DNA from: Eledone cirrhosa
Taxonomy: Eukaryota
Assembly: GCA_964016885.1 (NCBI GenBank)
Contig: OZ024742.1
Location: 161,572,001 to 161,636,000, forward strand
Length of the DNA stretch: 64,000 nt
Direction: 5' to 3'
The notes beneath the pieces are model-generated. The model saw only the letters and a list, made by a program, of their open reading frames with translations. It made no database searches and was not told where the DNA came from. The position numbers were made by a program, and so were the translations under genes. Position 1 is the first letter of the stretch. Each line of letters starts with the position of its first letter. Shown here piece by piece: positions 19,736 through 32,313 of this stretch.

Positions 19736-19776
19736 TAGCCGACAATGTTTCGTCCCATTAATACTCATCAGGGCAA
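19736..19776 (-). ncRNA. Minimal hammerhead in a PLE-like 3' fragment (19594-20081)
   Basis: GCC-CUGAUGA-GU(AUUAAUGGG)AC-GAAAC(AUU)GUC-GGC, then AAUAAA. Confidence 0.65.
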
Positions 19777-20079
19777 GCAAAGAGACAAGAAGCATTAACG
19801 GCCAAAACAAGCCAAAACTCAGAAGAACAGGGAATTTATATCTATGAAAACTTAGGAAAGACATCATGGAAAGACATGCTAAAGTTAAAAGTGAGCATTT
19901 GCAAATATAGACTATCGGGCTAGAAGAGCAAGTAATATTTCAAACCCACGTTGAAAGAACAATACAAGACAAAAACATGAAATACAACATGGTAATACAA
20001 TATGAGAATTATAATATGATATAGAAAACATATAATGGATAAGAAGAAGTTGTATAAATTAAAATACAACATCGGCAGT

Positions 20080-20882
20080 TAAACATCCAATATTGAATCT
20101 TCGTTAATTATGTGAAGGACATATAAACTATATATTACGTTTCCTGAATTGTGAAAATGGTGATGTATACAAAAACCATAACATTATTTTGCTTCTCATT
20201 TATAATATTTCTCTGCACACAAGCTTCTTTATCATACACAAAAAATACTTTACCACTACAACCTCCATAACACTCTTGATTACCCGCTTAAAGTGCTTGT
20301 ATTGCATATAACACCTTGCCGCACAATAATCATATATAAATAAGACACACGTGCATGCCCCACGTGTAACTATTGCATGCAATAACTACTACAACTGACT
20401 AACAAACTATCCTCTTGCATTATCTACGTTAACTGCCGATGTTGTATTTTAATTTTAATTTTAATTTTGCTTTGATTCTGTTTTAATATGATTTTAATTT
20501 TTTAATTTAAATTGCCATTCAGAAATAATATAATGGATGTCACCCCACTGTGCACCAATATATACATATGTATCTGTATGTCTCTTGTGTTGGAAAGGGG
20601 GTCATGTATGTAAACAAACATTGAAAAATGCTCCGAAGACTTCAGACCTCGGTTTGGATGAAACAATTGTAAGCCAAGAAATGGTTTGAACAGAACTTTG
20701 ATTCATGTGAATTCTATATAACTGCTCTGTAGAACAATTGATGTTATTACATTGAGCTATTTATCTTACTGGTAATAAGGTAGTAATAAATTACTGTCTT
20801 TCACTGTTTAGGGTTTAAAATATATATAACTATAAAAAGTTTTAGTATATACATAACCATAAATAGTATCCTTAATACTATC
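20080..20882 (+). mobile_element. Non-coding PLE-like repeat, paralog of 38949-39722, HHR-like motif at 20630-20674
   Basis: Colinear similarity to 38949-39722; GCU-CCGAAGA-C-UUCAGACC(UC)GGUUUGGA-U-GAAACAAUUGUA-AGC. Confidence 0.7.
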
Positions 20883-20952
20883 TATATATGTATATATATA
20901 TGTATATATATATATGTATATATATATGTGTGTATATATATATGTGTGTGTG

Positions 20953-21012
<60 letters not shown>

Positions 21013-21138
21013 TGTGTGTGTGTATATATGTGTGTGTGTATATATATATGTGTGTGTGTGTGTGTGTATATATATGTGTGTGTGTGTGTGTATATATACA
21101 TGTGTGTGTGTGTATATATATATATATGTGTGTGTGTA

Positions 21139-21191
<53 letters not shown>

Positions 21192-21193
<2 letters not shown>

Positions 21194-22040
21194 CTTTCTT
21201 GCTCACACCTCACTCGCGTCGGGCGGTCTGCTGTCTCTCTCGCCCATGAAATCCACACAGTTTAAACTGATTGGACTCCCATGTGCTTGTTTTTTCCTAT
21301 CTTTGCGTTGCTATCCTTCTGTTTGTTTACTTGTCTCGCTCGCTTTACGCGATGTACTTGTCCCAATAGCTTTATTTCGCTATTGCTCGCACCAACTGGA
21401 GGTATATGATTTTTAAAGCGATGAAATACCAATGAAGGTTGGAAAATCACTGATGAAGGACTATTTTTATCATATGTAACCCATGTGCAACCACGCAGTA
21501 TTCAATCTTCTCATGTTTTTTATATATATTTTCCCCAACTGCGTTTGTCTGTTTCTCTCTTACTGCTCCCCCTCTCTCTGTTTCTCTCACCTTCTTTCGC
21601 CCCCTCCGTCAGTTACACTTTCTCTCGACTGGCCTCTTCCTCGCACTTCCACTCACTCACTCTCTGCTTCTCCCTTTCTCACTTCCTCCCGTTTGGCCTG
21701 AATTGGGGTCCTTTCTTGCTCACACCTCACTCGCGCCGGACGGTCTGCTGTCTCTCTCGCCCATGAAATCTACACAGTTTAAGCTGATCGGACTCCCATG
21801 TGCTTGTGTTTTCATATCTTTGCGTTGCTATCCTTTTATGTTTGTTTACTTGTCTCGCTCGCTTTACGCGATTTACTTGTCCCAATAGCTTTATTTCGCT
21901 ATTGCTCGCACCAACTGGAGGTATATGATTTTTAAAGCGATGAAATACCAATGAAGGTTGAAAAATCACTGATGAAGGACTATTTTTATCATATGTAACC
22001 CATGTGCAACCACGCAGTATTCATTCTTCTCGTGTTTTAT
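21192..22040. repeat. Partial tandem duplication of an unclassified repeat (21192-21520 and ~21708-22040; further fragment 31576-31690)
   Basis: Near-identical ~330-bp copies ~519 bp apart. Confidence 0.8.
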
Positions 22041-22116
22041 ATATATATATATGTGTGTATATATATATATATGTGTGTGTGTGCTTATATATATATATAT
22101 ATGTATGTGTGTGTAC

Positions 22117-22150
<34 letters not shown>

Positions 22151-22169
22151 ATATATATGTGTGTGCGTG

Positions 22170-22247
<78 letters not shown>

Positions 22248-22283
22248 TGTGTGTGTATATGTATATATATGTGCGTGTGTGTG

Positions 22284-22328
<45 letters not shown>

Positions 22329-22391
22329 ATATGTGTATAAGTATTAAGTTGTTAAACAATATTCGAAGATTATGTCAAAGAATGAGTTTTA

Positions 22392-22700
22392 CAGAAATCA
22401 TCCACGTCTTTATCACAGCTCATATGGTCTTTAAAAGAGAAGAACCTAGAATACTCCATTTTTTTTACAAAACTACGGAATAGTGGAATTTACCGCAACT
22501 CTAGTATATCAAATAACTGCCCGCTCTGTACAATGGAGACCCTGTTGATTATTAATAATTATGAGACCTTAATTAACAAAAAAAGTGAATTATTCTCTAA
22601 TTGCCTCCATAAAGCTATGTCCACTTTTTTAGCATCACATAAAACGAGAAAGAAAGAACCAATAACAACTCGGTTACCAGGAATATATAATCAACAGTAA
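22392..22700 (+). pseudogene. C-terminal PLE GIY-YIG fragment absent from the ORF track (no start codon)
   Basis: Manual translation QKSSTSLSQLIWSLKEKNLEYSIFFTKL..NNCPLCTMETLLI..LINKKSELFSNCLHK aligns with the end of 13312-14022. Confidence 0.8.
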
Positions 22701-23536
22701 AAAACATCAATGGCCTTTAATATTGCTTTATTTTATGAATATCTATGGAAAAAACAACGTTAGAATGAATGACAATATTTCAATTAGCATGCCTAAACAT
22801 TGATACACACCACCTTATTTGTTAACTTTGATCAACACCATCATTTATCTATAATTTAGTGCAATACATAATCCTTACATATCTATTGAATTTATTTAAC
22901 TGTGAATGTTTAATACATTTGTAATCTAAAATATTTGTAACCTAAAACGAGAAAGAAAGAACCAATAACAACTCGGTTACCAGGAATATATAATCAACAG
23001 TAAAAAACATCAATGGCCTTTAATATTGCTTTATTTTATTTTATGAATATCTTTAAAAGAACAACGTTAGAATGAATGACAATATTTCAATTAGCATGCC
23101 TAAACATTGATACACACAACTTTATTTGTTAACTTTGATCAACACCATCATTTATCTATAATTTAGTACAATACCTAATCGTTACATATCTATTGTATTT
23201 ATTTAACTGTAAATTTTTAATACATTTGTAATCTAAAACATTTGTAATCTAAAACGAGAAAAAAAAGAACCAATAACAACTCGGTTACCATGAATATATA
23301 ATCAACAGTAAAAAACATCAATGCCCTTTAATATTGCTTTATTTTATGGATATCTATAGAAAAAACGTTTGAATGAATGACAATATTTCAATTAGCATGC
23401 CTAAACATTGATTCACACAACTTTATTTGTTAACTTTGATCAACACCATCATTTATCTATAATTTAGTACAATACCTAATCCTTACATATCTATTGCATT
23501 TATTTAACTGTGAATTTTTAATACATTTGTAATCTC
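22640..23536. repeat. Three tandem ~305-bp units
   Basis: Unit start taaaacgagaaa..aaccaataacaactcggttacc at 22640, 22943, 23250. Confidence 0.92.
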
Positions 23537-24020
23537 TTTTAAATTTTAGTTTTAATACCCAATCTAAAAAAAATGTTTACGAAACTTATCTATATCTCCA
23601 AATGTTTAATGACTTTTGATCTATTATTTATAGTATAATATAGCATATATTTTTTTTAAATATACTTACTGCACTATAATATTTAAATTTGAGACGGATT
23701 CAAACTTATATATAAATGTGAATTTTTTCGCTGTACTTTCGATCTCTTATTTATTTATTTATAATATAATGTTTTATAATATATATGTAGTTATATATTG
23801 TATTCTATATATTTTTAAATATTTTTAAATATACCTACCATACTTCTATATACATGATTCAAATATAGAGAAAATATCCAATCTAAAAATTATTATAGAC
23901 ATTATTTTGAACTTTATACATGCACTCTTTGTTCGTTTTTCTTATATTATATATATATATTTAAATGTAACATGTTGTTATGAGTATAACTGTTATCATT
24001 TACCTAAAGTATACTACATT

Positions 24021-24212
24021 AATAATTGTTTCTACTTTAGGCACAAAGCCAGCAATTACCCAGTGTATTACTGGTACTTTATTTTATCGACCCCGTAAGG
24101 ATGAAAGGCAAAGTCAACCTCGGCAGGATTTGAACTCAGATCGTAAAGGGACGTAACTATGCTGGAAAGCATGGCGTCCGACCCTCTACCGATACTGCCA
24201 ATCCACCGCCCT
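24021..24212 (-). mobile_element. tRNA-derived SINE (second copy 50222-50414; decayed copy ~51200-51335)
   Basis: Minus strand A-box-like ggtggattggcagtatcggtaga and B-box gagttcaaatcc; near-identical copy at 50222-50414. Confidence 0.8.
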
Positions 24213-24244
24213 TTAACATCTCAGGGTATGTCATGTATCATTAT

Positions 24245-24298
24245 ATTTTGTCTGATGAGGACGTACTGTTGTACATCCGAAATATGTATAATAAAATG
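24245..24298 (+). ncRNA. Minimal hammerhead at the 3' end of the 22.3-24.3 kb PLE fragment
   Basis: CUGAUGA-GGACGUAC(UGUU)GUACAUCC-GAAAUAUGUA; stem I decayed. Confidence 0.6.
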
Positions 24299-24343
24299 TA
24301 ATTGATCAAAAGAACATCTATTTTATTAATAGTTATATTTTAA

Positions 24344-24408
<65 letters not shown>

Positions 24409-24420
24409 ATACATATATAT

Positions 24421-24469
<49 letters not shown>

Positions 24470-24472
24470 TAC

Positions 24473-24504
<32 letters not shown>

Positions 24505-24537
24505 GTTTATATATATATATATGTGTATATATGTATG

Positions 24538-24757
24538 AAGGCGTGTGGCTGAGTGGTTAGAGAATTGTATTCGCAATCGTAAGGTTGAGAGTTCGATTCC
24601 TGGACCAGGCGATGCGTTATGTCCTTGAGCAAGACACTCTATTTCACTTGGCTCCTTCTACCTGGAGTTGCGACCGATAGATAGTATTAGCAATTGGAAA
24701 GACCAACGGAAACATTGTTCCCTCGGTCCGATTTGACAAAAAAGTCGATCGTCTTCT
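24538..24757 (+). mobile_element. tRNA-derived SINE (second family)
   Basis: ggcgtgtggctgagtggttaga (A box) ... gagttcgattcc (B box), then tgtccttgagcaagacact core; decayed relatives ~40540-40695, 58000-58280, 62300-62500 (minus). Confidence 0.78.
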
Positions 24758-24760
24758 ATA

Positions 24761-24807
<47 letters not shown>

Positions 24808-25626
24808 ATGTATGTATATATATATGTATATATATATATATATATAAATATGTATATGTATATATATATGTATATATATATGTGTATATATATATATATA
24901 TGTATATGTATTAATATATATATGTATATATATATATATATATATATGTGTATGTATATATATATATGTATATATATGTATATATATATATGTATATGTA
25001 TATATATATATGTATATATATATATACAAAGATCGGAATTAAGAGTATTCCGCAGTTCACTGTAATAATAATAATAGTATTAGCTCAAAGAAGAATAGAG
25101 AATTTTCTTCTGAGCTCAAATGCAAATATATTACACAAAGAGAAGTGAGATGTGTGTAAAGAATTATTACAAGTGAGTTTTACCGTTACTGTATAGAGAA
25201 CAATATCTACAGGTTTAGCAATTAAATAGAAAAAAGCTAAGTCAGAATCAAATCTCTGAATTAGAGTTTTAAATTACCAACCTTATAACTATACGTTTGC
25301 TGATACGAATCTCGCTTCGTGTCACCACTGATATGTGCAGTATAACAGGTCACAGGTTCCTCAGTCAGCAAATGTGGACACTGTTCACGACACATCTAAC
25401 CTCATGGATAGAGAGAAAGCTAATATACACGCTGCCCAGAGTAGGGCGAAATCACGTGTTATTTGCATCAAATAACGGCTCTCATGGATTGGGGAAAATG
25501 CTAGAGAGGGCAGCCCAAACATTCGAATTTATTAGCTCAACAATTTGGAGCTCGTTAAGTATACAAAGATCAGAATTAAGAGTATTCTGCAGTTCACTAT
25601 GTATTAATATATATATGTATATATAT

Positions 25627-25992
25627 CAGGAAAACTCTGATATAACACCCGCAACCCTGATGGTATCCAATGATGTTGACTTGTTCTTCTTTTTGGTAAA
25701 TATCATCTTGGTTAAGAGAGTGGGACTGGCTTTGTGCAGTGCCTTTGCTCACTATAAAAGCTTCACGGCACAGGCATTGCTTTATATCTGGAGATCTCTC
25801 TGCACTTGTCGTCACATGGTACCATGGGCCCAGCACTATGTGTCAGTAATTGTCACAAGTGTAGTGTTTGTACCAGAGTTTTCAAGTCGCTGGCTGGACT
25901 AAAAAGTCACACTCGTTCAGCGCATCGGTAGGGGTTCTCCTACATGGATATAAAGTAGTGGCCGTACTCGAAAACGAGTTGGCAGCCACCAT
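25627..25992 (+). mobile_element. 3' end of an RTE-clade LINE
   Basis: C2H2 finger [23 protein letters not shown]; 3' gtggccgtactc stem shared with 46942-46953. Confidence 0.65.
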
Positions 25993-25993
25993 G

Positions 25994-26027
<34 letters not shown>

Positions 26028-26050
26028 TATGTATATGTATATGTATATAT

Positions 26051-26082
<32 letters not shown>

Positions 26083-26101
26083 GTATATATATATGTATAT
26101 A

Positions 26102-26243
<142 letters not shown>

Positions 26244-26334
26244 GAGTTTATGTTGGTTGTATACCAACACCTCAGTATGCAGGCTGGAGCACTCGACGAA
26301 GTGCGCAGGTTGGTTTGGTTACTCCGGAGTAGTG

Positions 26335-28397
26335 TAAAATAAAGTTAAATAAAAGTCAAATGATTAAAATTTAGCTTCGTTTATTACTGCTATATATATT
26401 TCAGTGACAGCCATCTTTGGCTGTGACCTCTTCAGGTAGTTTGAATTGGTATGGTATAGACAAGTACATATGTTGTTTAGGTGTATAATATTGTCAATAC
26501 TCTGATATGCCCAGTTCCTTGTTGGGTTGTTAATTCACTGAGGAACTGGAGTCATATGAATTCAAACAAACGAATTTCAGTGTCAAAGGTCCCCTTCTCC
26601 TCTCATTGGTCAGTTATTAGAACATTCCTCATTCTAAGTGTTGTTATTGTTGGAGTTAGCTTAAAAATTGATAAAATCGTAGAAGGGACAAGGTGTTAAA
26701 GGAACAAAATAACAAAAAAAGTGTCAAACTTCCCATTGGTCAGTTCTGAGAGCATTCCTCAGTCAGAAGTCTATAGAATTCTTTCTGGGGTGAGGCTCCC
26801 TGTAGTGTTTTTGCCTGCTATTGTTCAGTACATTTGACCTCCACCATTATTTTGGTACTGTTGTTGGTGTAGTGGTCAGCTTATATCTTGCTGCTGCTAA
26901 CAATTTAGAAGTATCCAGTTTGTGTTTTTTCTTCATCCCTCCTGCTACCATCGTAGTGGTGGGGGGGGGGGGGTTCTTCCATGTATATGAAGAAGTATAA
27001 GGCAAGAAATTAAGAAAACAGAAAATAAATAAATAATATAATAAAATAATTAATATAATTTGTGTAATTTGAAAATAAATACATAAATAGAGAATATAGA
27101 ATAAATGAGAGATTGGTGAAAAAGTAATGAAAATGAATATGGAGAAGTGAGAAATAATGTAGGATAAAGTGTGTGTGTGCTATAACCAATCTCAAGGTCA
27201 GAATATGTTGGATAGATTGGTATGAGACAAGATGTTAAGATGAAATAATCAAACTAAATGTGTTTGTGTTATAATCCATCTCAACTTAAAATAAATATAA
27301 ATATAAATATAAATTCTGACCTTGAGATTGGTTATAGCACACACACATTATTTCTCACTTCTCCATATTCATTTTCATTACTTTTTCACCAATTTTTCAT
27401 TTATTCTTTATTCTTTATTCTTTATTCTCTATTTATTTATTTATTTTCAAATTATACAAATTATATTAATTATTTTACACATTTATAACACAAACACATT
27501 TAGTTTGATTATCTCATCTTAACATCTTGTCTCATACCAATCTATCCAACATATTCTGACCTTGAGATTGGTTATAGCACACACACACTTTATCCTACAT
27601 TATTTCTCACTTCTCCATATTTATTTTCATTACTTTTTCACCAATCTCTCATTTATTCTATATTCTCTATTTATTTATTTATTTTCAAATTACACAAATT
27701 ATATTAATTATTTTATTATATTATTTATTTATTTTCTGTTTTCTTCATTTATTGCCTTATATTTCTTCATATACATGGAAGAACCCCCCCCCCCCCCCAC
27801 CACCACCCCCACCACCACCACCACCACCACCACCACTACGATGGTGGCAGGAGGGATGAAGAAAAAACACAAACTGGATACTTCTAAATTGTTAGCAGCA
27901 GCAAGATATAAGCTGACCACTACACCAACAACAGTACCAAAATAATGGTGGAGGTCAAATGTACTGAACAATAGCAGGCAAAAACACTACAGGGAGCCTC
28001 ACCCCAGAAAGAATTCTATAGACTTCTGACTGAGGAATGCTCTCAGAACTGACCAATGGGAAGTTTGACACTTTTTTTGTTATTTTGTTCCTTTAACACC
28101 TTGTCCCTTCTACGATTTTATCAATTTTTAAGCTAACTCCAACAATAACAACACTTAGAATGAGGAATGTTCTAATAACTGACCAATGAGAGGAGAAGGG
28201 GACCTTTGACACTGAAATTCGTTTGTTTGAATTCATATGACTCCAGTTCCTCAGTGAATTAACAACCCAACAAGGAACTGGGCATATCAGAGTATTGACA
28301 ATATTATACACCTAAACAACATATGTACCTGTCACTGAAATAGATATAGCAGTAATAAACGAAGCTAAATTTTAATCATTTGACTTTTATTTAAATT

Positions 28398-28404
<7 letters not shown>
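26335..28404. repeat. Large inverted repeat (arms 26335-27274 and 27483-28404) of a non-coding PLE-like 3' region
   Basis: Arms are reverse complements (identical translations at 26481-26699 + and 28093-28311 -); spacer contains a direct duplicate of 27554-27715. Confidence 0.93.
26388..26440 (-). ncRNA. Hammerhead motif in the left arm of the inverted repeat
   Basis: CUGAAGA-GGUCACAGCCA(AAGA)UGGCUGUCACU-GAAAUAUAUA. Confidence 0.65.
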
Positions 28405-28432
<28 letters not shown>

Positions 28433-28480
28433 ATAAAAGAGAAAACACATGTAAGCATTAAGAGAAGGATTTTATACAGG

Positions 28481-28581
28481 TATTTACGACCGTTTCATTG
28501 GTAAGTGCAACATTATATTGCTATACTGCAAATAGCAGCCACTCAATGATAATTGTTGTTCACGTCCAAATTTTCAAAATA
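28481..28581 (-). ncRNA. Hammerhead, U3-A8 variant with extended stem II
   Basis: UAUU-UUGAAAA-U-UUGG..GUG..CAACA..UUAU...AUAA-UGUUG-CAC..CCAA-U-GAAAC(GGUC)GUA-AAUA. Confidence 0.6.
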
Positions 28582-29121
28582 GTGAGTAAGTTACTCTTGA
28601 AATAGTTCTTAATATATAGAGAAAAACATTTTTTTTTATTGTATTTACTAGTATAAAGAGAGAGGAAGAGGAATTAGAAAGTGGGGGGGACAAACGGAAT
28701 AGTATAGAGAGAGAGAGGAAGGAGGAGAAGAGTTAGGAAATAGAGTGACAAACTGAGATGGAGGGAAGGGTAGAGGTGGAAGGATTCCTTGATCAGTTTT
28801 GATACGTAGACTTCATGTCGTCGATTTAGCGTGTAGTGAGTTAAAGAGAATTAAATTGTTCATAGTGGGAGGGATGGAGAGAGAGAGAGAGAGAGAGGGG
28901 GGGGTTATAAAAAAAAGATAAAAATAATGATAAAAATAAAAGTAAAGAAGGGGGGGAGAAAAGATAGCCAAAAAGGGGAGGGAAGAAAGGAAGAAAACGA
29001 AAAGGAATGAAGGAGAAGGGAGGGATATAGGTATTGGTTTTTGTGGATAATTAAAGGGGTTAGATACAATAAGAGGGTATAAGGTCTAAGTATATGCAGT
29101 TTGTCAGTTGGTAGTAAAAGG

Positions 29122-30534
29122 TTAAGGGTTCGATTTGCACTTGTAGTGCGAAAACTTTTCTTTGAGTCTATGGTTACAATAAATTGATCTTTCGATTTTA
29201 TTGTTGAGTAACTTATTCTTCGAACTCAAAATGTGGAACAGTTCAAGGTCACAAAATCGACAGCTTCTCATACCACTCCGATATGGGGGCGCGTTCGATA
29301 ATTTTTTCCACTTCAGGGTGTATTGATGGTTACTTTCCCTCAGTTGCCAGGTCTTGTTTGTAAGGGTAGTTACATAACGATGCTGGGAATGTTTCATTGC
29401 GTAACGGTGTGTATACCAACGGGCTTTAAATGTATTCCCAGTCGTTCCGATGTAATACCATTTCTGGTTGTCTGATTCCCCTGTGCATTGGTAAACCAGG
29501 TTAGAGGGCATACATTCATTATGTAATGGACAGATTTCAGGTAGGTGGCAGTTACAATTCTTCTCATGGGCAACTTTGGCATTATTGGTGGGCTGCAATG
29601 CCTATACAAGTGTGTTTCGTTTTGTTTGCCTACTAGTGGGTGGTTGTGTATTAGATATTCTGTTGTGTTTAATGGTGATTGTATTGTTATTGTTATAAAT
29701 GTGTGTTCTGGTGTTGTTATGTATCTTTTTAGCGTTAAGCATCTTAATGTGATCCTCTATATTTGGTGCCGTGGAGTAAGATAGTCTAATAGATTTAGTG
29801 TTAAGGATTTTGCTGTATCTATGTGAATCTGGAAAGTGCTTATTTATTATTCTAAAGAAGGTAGAGGGTAGGTTAGTGCTAATAGAGGTGTTAAATATGG
29901 GGTTATACCAAATATATTTTCTACTGCGTGACTTGTTTGATTTCGATGTTGTATTTCTATTTACCGTATAATTTGTAGTTCTGTGCGTAAATGCGTGTGT
30001 GCGTGTGTTTCTGGAGTTTGTGTTATGCGTGTTCGTGTGCGCTTTGCGGAGGCTCTCATCTATATATGCTACTCTATCTAAGTGGTCTGCCTTGTCTGGT
30101 GCGGTATTGTAATATTCTGCATGTTCCTCGAAGATTTGTCGGTTAGACGAGAGGCGAGAGATCCTAAGGGATATGCTGCGTGGAATGGATTTAATTATGG
30201 ATAGTGGGTGGTTTGAGTTACAGTTGATGCATGCTAAGTTTTCATTAATCTTGTGAAAAAGTCTTATATGTCCCGTATTTAGGTTAAGCGTCGCGTCCAG
30301 AAAGTTAACTGTTTTAGTGCTATACTCATACGTTATGCTAAGGCCTAGTTTCCCGAGAGTCTTTCTAATATTCTTACGGGGTCTTTCTATGCTCTGGTTA
30401 TTTAGGTTCTTAACTAGGAGAAGGGCGTCGTCTCTGTAGATTCCACCGTGAAGATCGCTAAACTTACTCTGTAAACTATGGGCTATGTAAATACCTACTA
30501 AATCTGTGACTTGAGCCGAGTCGTTAGCCACCAT
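29122..30534 (-). pseudogene. PLE RT C-terminus + GIY-YIG; one in-frame stop at 29602-29604
   Basis: [69 protein letters not shown]; both ORFs share a frame. Confidence 0.9.
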
Positions 30535-30565
30535 CGTGATGTATATATATATATGTGTGTATATG

Positions 30566-30614
<49 letters not shown>

Positions 30615-30662
30615 GTATATATATATGTATATATATGTATATATATATATATGTATATGTAT

Positions 30663-30779
<117 letters not shown>

Positions 30780-31115
30780 AATGAAAGGTATAGAAATTGT
30801 TGTAGCGAGAAGCTAACAGTATTCCATAACATATATGCGACTATAGCGTCAAAATGGGAAAAATAGTTAACGTAAGATGTGGGAAAAATAATTCAAACTC
30901 ATCTCAAAGAGAATCAGGATATAAATTCATCCACAGAATTTAGTGAAATCCAGGGAAAAATCAATAGAGCCTTAACTCATGATAAAATAAAGTCTAAAAT
31001 ACTCATCCTTCAATTTGGAAAAACTTCAAATGCTCTGTATAGTCTTAAAGACTATTTCATGAATATATGTATATATATATGTATATACACACATATATAT
31101 GTATATATATGTGTG

Positions 31116-31148
<33 letters not shown>

Positions 31149-31260
31149 GTATATGTGTGTGTGTATATATATATATATGTGTATATATATATATATGTAT
31201 ATGTGTGTGTGTATATATATATATATGTGTGTGTGTATATATATATATATATGTGTGTAT

Positions 31261-31343
<83 letters not shown>

Positions 31344-31404
31344 ATAATATTTGTTTCGACACACGATTTCATATAAAAAACCTCGCAAAACTAATTCATC
31401 GCCG

Positions 31405-31499
<95 letters not shown>

Positions 31500-31507
31500 C
31501 ATATATG

Positions 31508-31570
<63 letters not shown>

Positions 31571-31691
31571 ATATAACGGAGGTATATGGTCTTTAAAGCG
31601 ATGAAATACCAATGATGGTTGGAAGATCACTGATGAAGGACTAACTTTATTCATATGTAACCCATTAGCAACCACGCAGCACGTTTATTCT

Positions 31692-31764
<73 letters not shown>

Positions 31765-31766
<2 letters not shown>

Positions 31767-31845
31767 AAGCAGTTAAACCAGTGTTCTAGAACACTGGTTT
31801 AACCGCTTTACTCCGAAGAAGAGATATTATCTCGAAAATTAAGGA
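31765..31845 (+). other. 46-bp loopless palindrome followed by a CCGAAGA hammerhead-like core
   Basis: taaagcagttaaaccagtgttct|agaacactggtttaaccgcttta (1 mismatch); CCGAAGA-A-GAGAU(AUU)AUCUC-GAAA. Confidence 0.65.
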
Positions 31846-31937
31846 CATTTAAATAAATCTAAGGTAAATATCTTTTGCATTTGCATTTTTTTTATTCTAA
31901 TTCCATACCTGCATTGTTTGGCTTCACAAATTCAAAC

Positions 31938-32007
<70 letters not shown>

Positions 32008-32077
32008 TATATATGTATTGAGGGTTCCAAACCCCATTATCGGGCTAAAGTTTCTTTAGTCAAAATCCGGTGAAAGC

Positions 32078-32117
<40 letters not shown>

Positions 32118-32200
32118 TCCTATCCGGGAGCTTCCAACCGACATCGTCGCATTCTTTAAGGGTATGTCAATATTTGTTTATAAAACTTATCTATATTATA

Positions 32201-32258
32201 TTTTATGTGATGAAAGTGCACCATAATTTGCTTTGGTGTCCTTGAAATATGTATAATG
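32201..32258 (+). ncRNA. Degenerate hammerhead (GUGAUGA) in a PLE 3' remnant
   Basis: GUGAUGA-AAGUGCACCA..UGGUGUCCUU-GAAAUAUGUAUAAU; 3' side matches 24245-24298. Confidence 0.45.
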
Positions 32259-32313
32259 AAATAAATATGGTTTTCTAACTATAGTTTCCATTTGTTAATA
32301 TATTGTATATATA

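Larger units (their letters stand above)
28430..30540 (-). mobile_element. Penelope-like element, 5'-truncated
   Basis: RT + GIY-YIG ORFs, 3' UTR with HHR variant, flanked by (TA)n on both sides. Confidence 0.9.

Noticed and set aside
21449-21500. CTGATGAAGGAC (also ~21969 and ~31630) as a hammerhead
   Set aside because: No closing stem II or GAAA found downstream.
24538-24612. tRNA gene
   Set aside because: A and B boxes are present but there is no proper acceptor stem, and it continues into a SINE body.
25297-25902. 201-aa ORF
   Set aside because: Spans two unrelated repeats and a TA tract; the LINE motif is in another frame.
26481-26699. Duplicated 72-aa ORF (also 28093-28311)
   Set aside because: Identity is a by-product of the inverted repeat; GTG start and no recognisable motif.
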